Source: Alloascoidea hylecoeti | Lineage: Eukaryota | Length of the DNA stretch: 64,000 nucleotides | Direction: 5' to 3' | NCBI GenBank assembly: GCA_001600815.1 | Contig: BCKZ01000008.1 | Span: 248,001-312,000 of the forward strand | Position numbers and translations under genes: made by a program | Shown: piece by piece, positions 41,944 to 54,150 of the stretch | Numbering within the stretch: the first letter of the stretch is position 1 | How the letters are laid out: the number at the start of each line of letters is the position of its first letter | Notes under the pieces: model-generated | Told to the model about the DNA's origin: nothing | Databases searched by the model: none | What the model saw: only the letters and a program-made list of their open reading frames with translations

Positions 41944-44477
41944 AAAAATATATTGTTTGTTTCTTTTTAATGAATGATGATAATGATGATCATGATATGA
42001 AATGAGGTCATTACAATTATTATTATTGTATGAAAAAAAAGTTAAAAAAAAATAGATCAAAATTATAGATAAATGTTTTAAAATCATGATTTTGTATTTT
42101 GATTAATTGCATTTTATTATATTTTTATATATTAAAAAAGAAAAAAAAAAAAATCTCCTGTTTATTATTGTTTTGTGCAATTTAAATGTGCATACATTTC
42201 TCATTATTTTTTTTCAATTTTTGTTTTTAAAAAAACGTCATTTTTTGTTTATTTTATCATTTTTGTTTATACTTACTTTTTGTAATCGCTCGATTGATTT
42301 GAAATCATTTGTTGTTAATGTTTAATATGCACATTTTTGGGGGCCTCAATATCATTATTGATGATGTTTATAACTATTAGCTATTAGCTTATATATATAA
42401 GAATTTCTTTAACGTTATTTAAATTTACTATTTAACGTTTCATTTTCTTCTCTTTCCTTTCCTTTTTTATACTTATTATATATTTATATTTATTCTATAT
42501 ATAATTTTCCATCGTGTATATATATATTTTGGGTACTGATCTTTATTTTTATTAAGTTGTTTGTTGTTAATTTGTTGTTAATTTATTGCATTTTTTCAAT
42601 TCTTTGAAGTTCCGAGTTGGAAATTGTTTTTGTTTTAGTTATAATTTTATATCAGCTAATTTAATCATATTCATGATCAGTTTATATTTATCTTTATGTT
42701 CATATCTTGTAATTGTTAGAGTAATTGATAATATTAGTAAATAAAAGTTAAATGAGTATAAACCATGGGTACTAAATCTCACAGGAATATCATCTATTTG
42801 ATATTTACATCCGAGAAAATTATAGTATCATGTAAATTAGCATATTAATTATAATAATATGAATAAAAAAAGTACCATGTAACGTAATATATTCTTGATT
42901 ATTGATGATTAATATAATAATTTATAAATTGTTTCAAACAATTTAGTCATATTAAACATGGAATCTTTTTTCATAATGTATACAATATTAAGCTTTAGAT
43001 AAGAGAGGGTTGGAAATCTGTGATTGTATAATCATTAACTAGACATTTTTAATTAAAGATAAATTAAATGATAGGTAAACGCTACCAAACGGTTATGTTT
43101 TGAAGGTAAAGTTCTAAAATATCTATTAAATGGTTTCATTTTAATATATTAATATTATTAATATATAATATTGAATTTAATGTTAAGAACAATTAATATT
43201 AACAATTAAGTAATTAATATAACAATCAACAATATATTAACTTATTATTAAGTAATTTATGTATTATATGTAGACAAATGGTGGGGGTTATATTAAGCTT
43301 AAGATTAAAACGTCAAAATTAATATCAAATAGAATCAATCAATCAAATGAAATAAATGACCTATCATATAATAATATAATCATAAAATCATAAAATCATA
43401 AAATCATAAATCTATTAATATTAGTATTTTTATTAACCATCTATCAAACAATCATGTATAATCATGAACTTTATTGATATTAACTACAACCATTTTTAAC
43501 AGTTCATATCTCATAATTACACCGATATATAAGATATAAGAGATGTCACAGTTGAATAGCGGTTAACATTAACATTGTACCTGCGCAAATGTTAATATTT
43601 AAAGACAAAGCGGCAAGGCAAAGGAGATACGTATTACTTATTTCTATATTGCTTTATAAAAGATGTTGAGGATTATTAGGTTCAATCCAGGGTAAATATA
43701 AAGTTTTCAATTTCAATTAAAAATAACCCTAGTGCTTGTGTATTAAAGTTATGATCAACAACGTTACAAGTTTACTTTTATACTACCATACAACCGTTAA
43801 TAAACGAGTATTAAATGATTGTAAAACTAACGAATGATATTAATGTCTCAAATCTAAATAGTTGAAATTGTCAAAAATTGTTGAAATTGTAGAAAATAGT
43901 CAGGATAAAATAATGAAATATCCATGAAATATTTGAGGCGTATCTGTGGAAAGTATTATAATTGGTAGTGCTCTAGCACGTGATTGGTGGAAATCTAGAT
44001 CTACAAGCATAAACTTAACAAACAATCACAAACACCAGAAATAGAACCACAAGCAGAAATAAATAGAAATAACTTCTGGAAAAGGGAAATGAAAATGGAT
44101 AACAAATAAATCAAAATAAATAAAAATAGAATATAAAACATTAAAGGCGTTCAAACACTTTCCGAAACAAGGTTCAACTTCATGCAGGGTATTCCGGTCT
44201 TCCTTTTTGGGAAGTGAAGTGCAGAAAGTCAAAAAGAATCAAAATAAAAAAATTTATAAAAAAAGTAAAAAGTGAAATTTTTAACATCTTAAAAATTTTA
44301 TTTTATTTTTTTTTGTTATTTTTCACAAATTAATTTTTAATTTTTATAAAAATCAATTTTCATTTCATTTTCATTTTCAACTTCACTTTCTGCTGAAATT
44401 TTTACTTATATTTTATATATATTTATATTTATATTTATATTTAGAAACCTTCTGCTTTTTTCTTCTCACATCGCAAA

Positions 44478-46043
44478 ATGTATTACTCAGGCTCGGATTC
44501 TTATTCACCGCAACAGCAGCAGCAGCAGAACACGAACAACTCCGCCTCCCAGAAAATCTATTATTCTCAACAACAGCAACAACAGCAACAACAGCAACAA
44601 CAGCAACAACAGTACCAGCAATACGCCCAGTATCCTCAGTATGCCCAGTATCCATCCTTGGACTACTCAGCCTACCACACTGCTGCCGCCACCACGGCTT
44701 CCGGTGTTCCCGTCCCCCAGCAGACTCAAACACACCCCGTCCCCCAGGGCCCTCATGCTCAAGGCCAGGTCTCGCAGGTTCAGCCACAGGCTCAGGTTCA
44801 GGTCCCCCAAGCACAGCATGTTTACTCAAGAACTGCCTCCCCTTCAGCTTCGGCTGCTGGACAGTATCCTCCTCCAGGTTTAAGACCAAGAGTTACTACT
44901 ACTCTATGGGAGGATGAAGGAACTATTTGTTACCAGGTTGAAGCCAACGGAGTTTGTGTTGCCCGTCGTGAAGATAACAATTTTGTAAATGGTACTAAAT
45001 TATTAAACGTAGCAGGAATGACCCGTGGACGAAGAGATGGAATTTTAAAATCCGAGAAAGTTCGTAATGTTGTTAAAATTGGAACAATGCATTTAAAAGG
45101 TGTTTGGATACCTTTTGAAAGAGCTTTGGATATTGCTCAACGTGAAAATATTATTGATTCTTTATATCCTTTATTTGTAAGAGATATAAAAAGAGTTTTA
45201 AGGCAACCTCAACAAATGGGTACTCCATCTTATCCAATTTCAAATACTATTACAAATGGTATGACAAATAATATTCCAAATAACATTCCAAATAACATTT
45301 CAAATCAATGGAATTCAAGAAATATTGCCTATCAACAACAACAGCAACAACAACAACAACAATATTATAATCCTGCAATTCAAACAAATAATAATGGATA
45401 TCCATTTTTATCTCCCGTTTCAATGGTTTCTTCATCTTCTAGTATAAATTCAACATCATTAAATCAATTAAATAATCAATCTTCAATAAATAATCAATCT
45501 TCAAATTCAATAATAGATTCATCAAAAGCATCTCCTTCAACATCAAATTTAAAAAATGTAACTACAAATTCTTCAACTTCTCCAGTTTCAATTACTAATA
45601 CAATATCAAAAAGTCCAAATCCTCAATCAAATACTCAATCTCAATCAAATACTCCAAATCCTTTACAATCAAGTCAGTATTATCAATATCCTCCTCAACA
45701 ATATGCTTATCCTTATCAACAACCTCAGGCTCAACATCAAACTCAACCACAAACTCAGGTTCAACCACAAGTTCAATCTCAAATTCAAACTCCAGATTTA
45801 TCAAGTTCAATACCACAATCCACAATTCCAACAACCGATAATACTACTACTACTAATACTACAAGTACTTATAATTATCCTTTAGATGAGGATTCTAAAC
45901 AATCAAGTAATACAAGTGCAACTAGTAACGTTAATGTTAAAAATTTAGATTATGATGTTGAGAAAGAAAATGGTGTTAGATCTAGAGGTTATCCTTATCA
46001 TGATGAAAGGGGTTCAAAAAAGCAAAGAACTACTGATGAATAA
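44478..46043 (+). CDS. APSES transcription factor (Efg1/Sok2/Phd1/StuA type)
   Basis: [72 protein letters not shown]; polyQ tracts. Confidence 0.95.
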   Translation: MYYSGSDSYSPQQQQQQNTNNSASQKIYYSQQQQQQQQQQQQQQQYQQYAQYPQYAQYPSLDYSAYHTAAATTASGVPVPQQTQTHPVPQGPHAQGQVSQVQPQAQVQVPQAQHVYSRTASPSASAAGQYPPPGLRPRVTTTLWEDEGTICYQVEANGVCVARREDNNFVNGTKLLNVAGMTRGRRDGILKSEKVRNVVKIGTMHLKGVWIPFERALDIAQRENIIDSLYPLFVRDIKRVLRQPQQMGTPSYPISNTITNGMTNNIPNNIPNNISNQWNSRNIAYQQQQQQQQQQYYNPAIQTNNNGYPFLSPVSMVSSSSSINSTSLNQLNNQSSINNQSSNSIIDSSKASPSTSNLKNVTTNSSTSPVSITNTISKSPNPQSNTQSQSNTPNPLQSSQYYQYPPQQYAYPYQQPQAQHQTQPQTQVQPQVQSQIQTPDLSSSIPQSTIPTTDNTTTTNTTSTYNYPLDEDSKQSSNTSATSNVNVKNLDYDVEKENGVRSRGYPYHDERGSKKQRTTDE

Positions 46044-46474
46044 ATATAATCATAAATCGATAAATTATTATATATACGAAGGATGATGGAAGGATTGGAA
46101 TATAAAAATTGAAAACAAAACGAAAACTAAACAAAGAGATGAAATGAAATTAAAATGAATGAAAATGAAAAATTAATTGAAGAATTAAATGAACACAAAA
46201 TGGATGATGAAAAAGGCTAGACTTTTTTTGAATTTCTTTACTTTAATTAAAATATTATTATTATTGTATGGTCATTATTACTTTATATCTTATTGCTTTA
46301 TATTTTATATTTATACTTAATCATATATTTTTACTACTCTTACAATTACAATTACAATTACAATTACTAACACTTCTAACAAAGTTACTTTAACAATTAC
46401 AGTTTACAATATTGATTAATTGATACAAATGATATAAAATTTCTAGATTTCAATTATAAAACTCTTTTCTTTTA

Positions 46475-46506
<32 letters not shown>

Positions 46507-48075
46507 GTTTTGTTTCTTTTTTTTTTTATAAACATTCATTTTAAAATTTAAATTTCATGTATTTAAAAAAGTTTCATCTTATGATATCTACTATCGTACT
46601 ACTTCTTTTTCTTTTAAATTTTTTACTTTTTATTTTATTTTATAATATAATTGTAATCGTATGTGTTTTTTATATATTATAAATATATACTATCAAAAGA
46701 ATTCAATAAACAATTAAACAAGTCATTAACATTAATTTTATATAAATATATATAAATATATATATTAAGCTAAGCATATTAGTTCGATATTACTATGATA
46801 ATACCATTCTTTTTCTTTTTCTTTTTGCTTATTATATCTTCAGTGAAGTTCTGAACTATCTATAAAAATGATAGACAATGCATTTACTATCGATACACTA
46901 AACTTTTTTCTACTTGTTATGTTATATTAATCAACTAAAATCATATTTCAACTTCATACACTGTATATATATATATATAATAGTTCAGTTAATCATGTGA
47001 TGCATACAGGTGATGAATGTTTTCGATTTTACAGTTTAAATTTTTGTATTATAGTTGAGTATTATAATATTGGATTATGAGAACCTTCTTTAACGAAGTG
47101 ATGTTGAAGTACTAGCTAGAAACTACGAGTTAAAATGAGTCTGTGGTAATATTTGTATGTCTCATCGATAGATAAATACCCTTCAGATTTCCCTTTAATT
47201 CATAGTAATCAAATAGTTTTAACAAGTAGCTTCATATCTTTAAAAAGGATATTAAAACTTTGCTCTTTTATCCTCAGCAAAGTTCTATTCATGATTATCA
47301 ATATATACATCAATTATTTGTGATATCTTGTTTTGATTGTCTTAATAAATTGATATATATATAAGTTATGAAAATATTATAAATAAATATATCTGAAATT
47401 AATATTCCTCACTGATGTGTTTCAATTGAATTAGAAAGATCTAGATGAAGATTTTACAAATAAAAGATTCTAATGGACCACCGAATATGTTCCAGTTTAG
47501 GCGTGAGAACTCGGAAATAACTGGGTGATGTTTAAATATATCTATTATAATCATTCTTAAGTTTATATGTGTATTTTATATAGGTCATTGTAAGCCAAGG
47601 GCAATGGCAAAATATTATAACTTGCAATAAATATTATTTGATAACAGAACTGAATATCGTTGTCTGGGATTAAAAACACTTTGACTAAAGATTTATATTT
47701 ATATTTTGAATGACCCATTCAAGTTTTCCATTAAATTGAGTACTTTGTGTGGTTTTGGCAAATCTATGGATTATAGATCTACGATTCAAATATATCAGAA
47801 CTCAAATATTCTTCCTCAAAATCAGCAAATAACTCATATACTCTATTTAGTTAGCCATATATATGAAATAGTTATTTTTTCATTACTGCACGTTAAGACT
47901 TCTTTTGCATTGAATAGTACGTACAAAGTACTTTTTTTTGTTGAAAACTAGAAAGCGTATCTTTGGAGGATGTTTTCTCCATTATATTCTTGAAAAACTG
48001 GCAAAAAAACAACTAACCCTCATGTCTCTTGCATTCATCATTTGTTCAAAGTTTCGCCGCTACTGAATTACTAAT

Positions 48076-48365
48076 TGTGATGGTCTTCACATTGGAATGA
48101 CGACTACAAGATACAACAAACCGACATTGAGAGTCATTGTAGACCCATGGTTCAGTCGGAAATATGTCCGATAATGTAGCCAATGCCATCGGGATGGTGG
48201 TACAGTTAAGGACCGGAGAAGTCCAGGAGTAAGTAAAAGCTTCAACCCGATGGCATACCATTGATTTCGTTAGTGGCCTACTCATGATCAGTAAAAATGA
48301 ACCTGAAATCTTAGTCTGTAGTGACTCTCCACCGATCAGTTGAGTAAAAGAGGTAGACTTATAGG
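48076..48365 (+). mobile_element. Ty3/Gypsy integrase relic
   Basis: Zinc-finger-like GLHIGMTTT..KYVR*CSQCHR, then core RWHTIDFVSGL..ILV and DQLSKRGRLI across frameshifts. No LTRs recognised. Confidence 0.65.
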
Positions 48366-50110
48366 TATAGTCTTTGTTTACTTTAATAGATCCTTATAAT
48401 TAGTTTCTGTTATGACACAAGGCTGTTCTATAGCCAATTTCAAACAGAGTTCATTCCCAATAATTGGGATCGATGATAGGCGTGATCATGAGAAAACTGT
48501 AGTCAGAAACCAACAAACAGCCGACCCGACTGTCGATTTGTTTTTTATTCTTAAACTAGTATAATTTTATCAACTCTGAGAACTCCCGCCCAGGTATAGC
48601 ATCATGTAATATTTATCTAATTTAGATTAATGAAAGGAGATATATTCCTAGCTACTACCCTTGTAAATATTCAGACAGAAGCCTAGTCAATTGAAATTAG
48701 GATAAACTATTTGTGAAGTATTAATTTCTAATAACCTGGATTTTTGGTTTTAGTAACATAATAGTAAATTAGTAATATAGTATGATAAAGTGATAAATTG
48801 ATAATACTAATGAATTAGTAATAATTAAGCAATATCAATTAATATCCTAGATCCATGATTATTACATTAAGATTCGTAATTAATAAAGTGGTTATCAATA
48901 ATGATCCGATATGTATTCCACTAGTTACTTGCTACCTATTATCCAGTAGAAAGTGAGTTCAAAGAGACAAACTTTATCAAACTAAACAATCAATTGGAAT
49001 TAAATATACCTCTCAATAAACCAAAGATATTAGATTTAGTATTGTATTGAACTAAAGGTTATATATAATTAAACAGATTTAATTTTCGACATGATAATCG
49101 ATTTTTTAGTTATTTGGAATGTAAACACCAGAGGGTAATATAATTATAGTCTAGAAAACCGAATAATCACTATTCTTAAACAACATATACGCATGGATAT
49201 TGATTTGTGATATATTGTGATGATGATGGAAACCATTAGAAAGTCATATCCAGCAAAATAAATTATATTCATTTGCTACAACTTGTAAAACATGAATCGC
49301 CTAAAAAAATGGTTTTCTGTTTTCTGAATCTTAGTTTCGAAAAAAGTTTTCGAAAAAAGTTTAGTCCAATACTAATGATGAGATCTAGTTACAATTGTTA
49401 GTTACAAATTGATTTTCTCTACGTAGGTTTTTGTCATAAAAATCTATGAAAAGTATTCTGATTTTAATATTCTAAACTTAAAAAGGATTATTTCCCACCA
49501 TTTTTGATAATTACAAATCCACAATCAATTGGTTATCATTAAAATGATATTCTCATAAACTCATCTTCATCCTCATCAAACCTATAACGTTTAAGTTGAT
49601 AATTGATCAGTTTCTTGGCATGATGATTATAATTAATATCCAATTTTTACACAAATATAGTTTGAGGATTGTGTTTGGTACGAATGTTTTATTTTAGCGC
49701 GCCCTTGCCTTGTCTATCAAAATTGGAAACTTTATTGTTATAATTAACGTTGTTCTTTTTTCTTCTTTTCTTAAAATAGATTTGAAATGGAATCTGGGAA
49801 TTTTGATATAATTTATATTCGATTAGGTTATAAATTAATGCGTCTGCATTTCTAAGTTATAAATATGTAAATATTTTAAATTTTAAGAGAGGATCGGATC
49901 ACAAAATTAAAACGAAAATGGGTTTACTTATAACCTTAAACCCAAATTTAAAGATTGTGTGAGAAGATTCACCAAAAAGTGTAATTAATTTGGTTACAAC
50001 AATGCACCCAAAATCTCTTTCCTCCCAACCAAAACCAAAACAACAAAAATCGGGAAAATCCCACCAAAAACATAGTTGAAACCTTAAAGTTAAACTTGGT
50101 TAGAAATATA

Positions 50111-51044
50111 ATGGTGGGCCAGAATTTGGATGCATCTATTATGGGATCAAATGTTTTGGATAAATCTTCAACATCAAATGATAAACAAAATGATAAACAA
50201 AAACCAGATTTAAAGGATTTTAAAGATTTTAAATGTGTTTGGACGTTAGAAGCAGATGAAGCTTTAATAAATAGTCTTGCAATTGAAATATCTCAAGGAC
50301 ATCATACTTCAAAAAGTATAAAAAGTATAGCATGGTTAAAAATATTACAATCCGTTCAAAAAATAGATAAAAATGTTCAAATGTTTCAAATCAAAAGTCA
50401 TTATTATGATATTAGAAGATGGTATAGATTATGGCTTGAAGTTAATAGAAGACCGGAATTTAAATGGGATCAACCAAATGGGAAATTTATTGCAAATGAT
50501 TTTGCTTGGGATGCTCTAATAAAAGCAAATAGAAGATATAAAATCTTTAAAAAAAGAAAAATGCCTTATTTGACAAGACTTCATACTATATTTCCATCAA
50601 AAATTCCAAATACTGGTGCTTCTATAAAAGTAAGAGATTCTATAAATGAAGTTTTAGGAAATATTGATGAAGTAATGGATTCAAATACTGATTCTCATTC
50701 ACAAGAACAATTACAAAGTCAAATGAATATAATGGATTTAAGACATGATCCTCCTCCTCCTCCACCATCTCTACATGATCATAGAATGAGTAATGGAATA
50801 ATTAATTTTTCTGATTTTTCTAATATTAATAGTAATCATAGTAATAATCAGAATCATAATCAAAATCATAGTCAAGTTCAACTTAATAACAATTATCAAC
50901 TGGATAATGATTTATCAATAGGATCAGAAATATCAAATACAAACAACAATACAAATACAAAACCGATTCAATTGCAATCACCAAAATTTAACCAATCTTC
51001 ATCAATGCCATTAAATCCCAATAATAATAATAATAATAATAATA

Positions 51045-51075
<31 letters not shown>

Positions 51076-51796
51076 TGACAAAACATCGGAACTACAACAA
51101 CCATCATCAAATTATAATATTCAAACACTTTCAAATAACCTCTCATCACCCATGGATGTTAATATTTCATCACTTGTTTCAATGTCAAATATTGGTGTTA
51201 TGTCAATGTCTGATAGAACAACAAGCCCTCAAAATCATAATCATTCTAGTTCAGCTTCAAATCCATTAGATAATCCAAATGTGAACTCACTTGCCCGTTC
51301 TAATTTACTTCCTAATTCTAATACAAATCCGATGATGAACATGTCAAGATCTTCGAATTCTGGTATTGGACTTATGCCAACTAGAGTTCAACAATTAGCT
51401 ACTCTTAATGAAAATCGAAATAAATTAATCGTTAATAATTCTTCAATGTCAAGTCATAACAATAGCAATAATAATAATATAAATTCTCTAAATGGATTAG
51501 TTAATCATAATCGTCAAGAATCTACAACAAATAAAAATACAAATTCAACATCTCTTTATAATAATGATGATGAAGGAACGACAACAATAAAACAATTAGA
51601 AGAAAGAGAAAAGAATTTCTTTCAAAATTTACAAAATTATTATTTTGAAAATAAATTAGATAAGGAAGTATTTTTTGATATTTTATATAATAAATGTGGT
51701 AATGATTTTCAACCATTATTATTATTAAGTGAAGTTTTAAATAGTGAAGTTTTTATAAATTTTTTAGATTATCAATATAAAAGGAAGAATAATTAA
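50111..51796 (+). CDS. Myb/SANT-like (Myb_DNA-bind_3 type) protein with Asn-rich tail
   Basis: WTLEADEALINSL..G....IKSIAW..I....QIKSHY..IRRWY..W......FKWD.....IA.D..WD.LIK......FKKRKMPY...L..IF. First ATG is at 50111. Confidence 0.7.
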
Positions 51797-51997
51797 TGGG
51801 TTATAATGATAATAAAGGATAATGGATAATGAAGAGAATTATGAAGATTTTATATATTTTGTTATTGTTTATTCTTAATATACTTTTATACTTCTAGGCG
51901 TAACTTCAAGAACACAGACCAATATTTACACGTTTGTTGATCTTTGCTCCTTTCCTAAACCTCACCTCCAAACCTTTTAGAATAACGTGTCTTCACC

Positions 51998-53701
51998 ATG
52001 AATACTTCACAACCGATCCAAGATCAACTTAACAACACTCTTCAGTCACTTTATCATTTCTATAACGATGTGATTTTGAAGTTGCCTGGCGCAGATATTG
52101 CTGTGCGATATATCCAATCTTCGTATCAAGATGATCCAATCAGGAGCGTTTTTGAATTAGGTCTTTTCCTCTTTGCTCTTAGATACTTTCTTGCCTCTAA
52201 ATATTCATATTCAAGACAAAATTATGTAACGTTGTCGGATGATGAGGTTGATGATTTGGTCGAGGATTGGGTACCTGAATCTTTGGTTGAACCCGTACAT
52301 GAAGAAGAAAAATGGAAATTGGAAAAAACACCAGTAGTTGAAGGACAAGTTGGTTCTCATATTACTTTAATTCAAGGTCCTAGTATTTCAAATAATAATA
52401 CAACTATACGAAGAGAAAATGTTTTGAATCTCGCATCCACTGATTTTTTGGATTTTTCTTCAAATCCTATTATCAAAAAGGAAGCTGTTGAGATTGTTCG
52501 AAGATATGGTGTTGGCTCTTGTGGTCCTGCTGGTTTTTATGGTAATGAAGATGTTCATACAAAAGTTGAAGAAGATATTACAAAATTCTTAGGCACTGAG
52601 TCAACTATTTTATATTCTCAATATTTATGTACTCCAACTTCCGTTATTCCGGCTTTTTTGAAAAGAGGTGATATAGTTGTTGCTGATGAACAAGTTAATG
52701 TTGCTATTCAAAAGGGTTTACAAATTTCAAGATGTAAAGTTCGATTTTTTAAACATAATGATATACAGGATTTAGAAAAAGTTTTAAAAGAATTAAGTGT
52801 TCCTTTATCAAGAGGTCCATTAACAAGAAGATTTATTGCAACTGAAGGTTTATTTGAAAACACTGGTAATTCTCCTGATTTAAAACAAATTATTAAATTG
52901 AAAAATATTTATAAATATAGACTTTTATTAGATGAAAGTTTAAGTATTGGAGTTTTAGGTAAAACTGGTAGGGGTTTACCTGAAGAACAAGGAATTCCAA
53001 GATCAGATATTGAAATTACAATGGGTTCTTTAACTAATTCATTTAGTTCTGCTGGTGGATTTTGTTCAGGTTCTAAAAATATGGTTCATCATCAAAGAAT
53101 TGCTGGTTCTGCTTATACTTTTTCTGCTACTTTACCTGGTTTTTTGGCTCATACTGGATCTGCTGTATTGAGATTAATTGATGAAGCAACAGCCACATCA
53201 GAAAAAAGTAAAGAAGTATCAAATTTATATTTTGATAAATTACATTTTTATTCAACAAAAATTTATGATACACTTTCAAATGGTGAAACATGTAAAGTTT
53301 TTAATATTACTTCAAGAAAAGGATCACCAATTATTCATCTTATAATGAAAAATGAATATCGTATTAATAAATTTAATTTTCCAAATTTTTACGGTACATC
53401 ACCAATTTCCAAAATTTCAAGACATAAATCAAAAAATTTACCACATAGTCCTGAATTAATTCCATATCATTATGAATTTAATAAAGAATCTAAATTTTTA
53501 CAAAGATTTATTGATTATACTTTAGAAAAATTTAATATTTTAATTGTTAGAGCTGCTAGAATTCCACATCAAGAACAGATTGAATTTTTACCACAATTAG
53601 AAATTTTTATTAATATTGGTTTTACTGAAAAAGAAATTGAATATATTGGTGATTCTATTAATGAAAGTTTTGGTATTGTTGCAAAAGAAATTGGGCTATA
53701 A
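51998..53701 (+). CDS. LCB1: Serine palmitoyltransferase subunit Lcb1
   Basis: YIQSSYQDDPIRS, YGVGSCGPAGFYG, IPAFLKRGD, YKYRLLLDES and YTFSATLP. Confidence 0.95.
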   Translation: MNTSQPIQDQLNNTLQSLYHFYNDVILKLPGADIAVRYIQSSYQDDPIRSVFELGLFLFALRYFLASKYSYSRQNYVTLSDDEVDDLVEDWVPESLVEPVHEEEKWKLEKTPVVEGQVGSHITLIQGPSISNNNTTIRRENVLNLASTDFLDFSSNPIIKKEAVEIVRRYGVGSCGPAGFYGNEDVHTKVEEDITKFLGTESTILYSQYLCTPTSVIPAFLKRGDIVVADEQVNVAIQKGLQISRCKVRFFKHNDIQDLEKVLKELSVPLSRGPLTRRFIATEGLFENTGNSPDLKQIIKLKNIYKYRLLLDESLSIGVLGKTGRGLPEEQGIPRSDIEITMGSLTNSFSSAGGFCSGSKNMVHHQRIAGSAYTFSATLPGFLAHTGSAVLRLIDEATATSEKSKEVSNLYFDKLHFYSTKIYDTLSNGETCKVFNITSRKGSPIIHLIMKNEYRINKFNFPNFYGTSPISKISRHKSKNLPHSPELIPYHYEFNKESKFLQRFIDYTLEKFNILIVRAARIPHQEQIEFLPQLEIFINIGFTEKEIEYIGDSINESFGIVAKEIGL

Positions 53702-54150
53702 TAAACAATAATATTATACAACAATAGCAAAGAAAATACGAAGGAAAATTTTATATATGATGACACAATATTCTTTTATATTCGAAATTTATTATTATAT
53801 ATGTTCTTGATCTTTATTGAAATGATCATCACCATTAATCACCCATATATTTAACATATATATACCAATCTTTCTTTTTTAGCTCTCGATTTTAATTTTT
53901 TACTCTTCTTTTTGTCTAATTAATCCATTTTTTTTTATACCAAAACATATATTTAGAAATTTTACTTTCTTGAATTGTTTAATAGTAGATATAACTACCT
54001 TATATAAAACCCCATTAATATAATAATTGATTTCTTATTTTATTTGATTTTCAATAGCAATTGATATTGATAGTGTCAATAATAATCGATCTATACCTGA
54101 ATTTTAAATTTAATATTAATATGGATAGCTATGGAGTTCTCTAATATCGA

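Noticed and set aside
44413..44889. 158-aa antisense ORF over the APSES 5' region
   Set aside because: Shadow of GC-rich polyQ codons (VAVVAVV); no independent coding signal.
49375..49463. C/D-box snoRNA-like spacing (ATGATGA...CTGA)
   Set aside because: No rRNA-complementary guide recognised and a negligible terminal stem; such motifs are expected by chance in AT-rich DNA.
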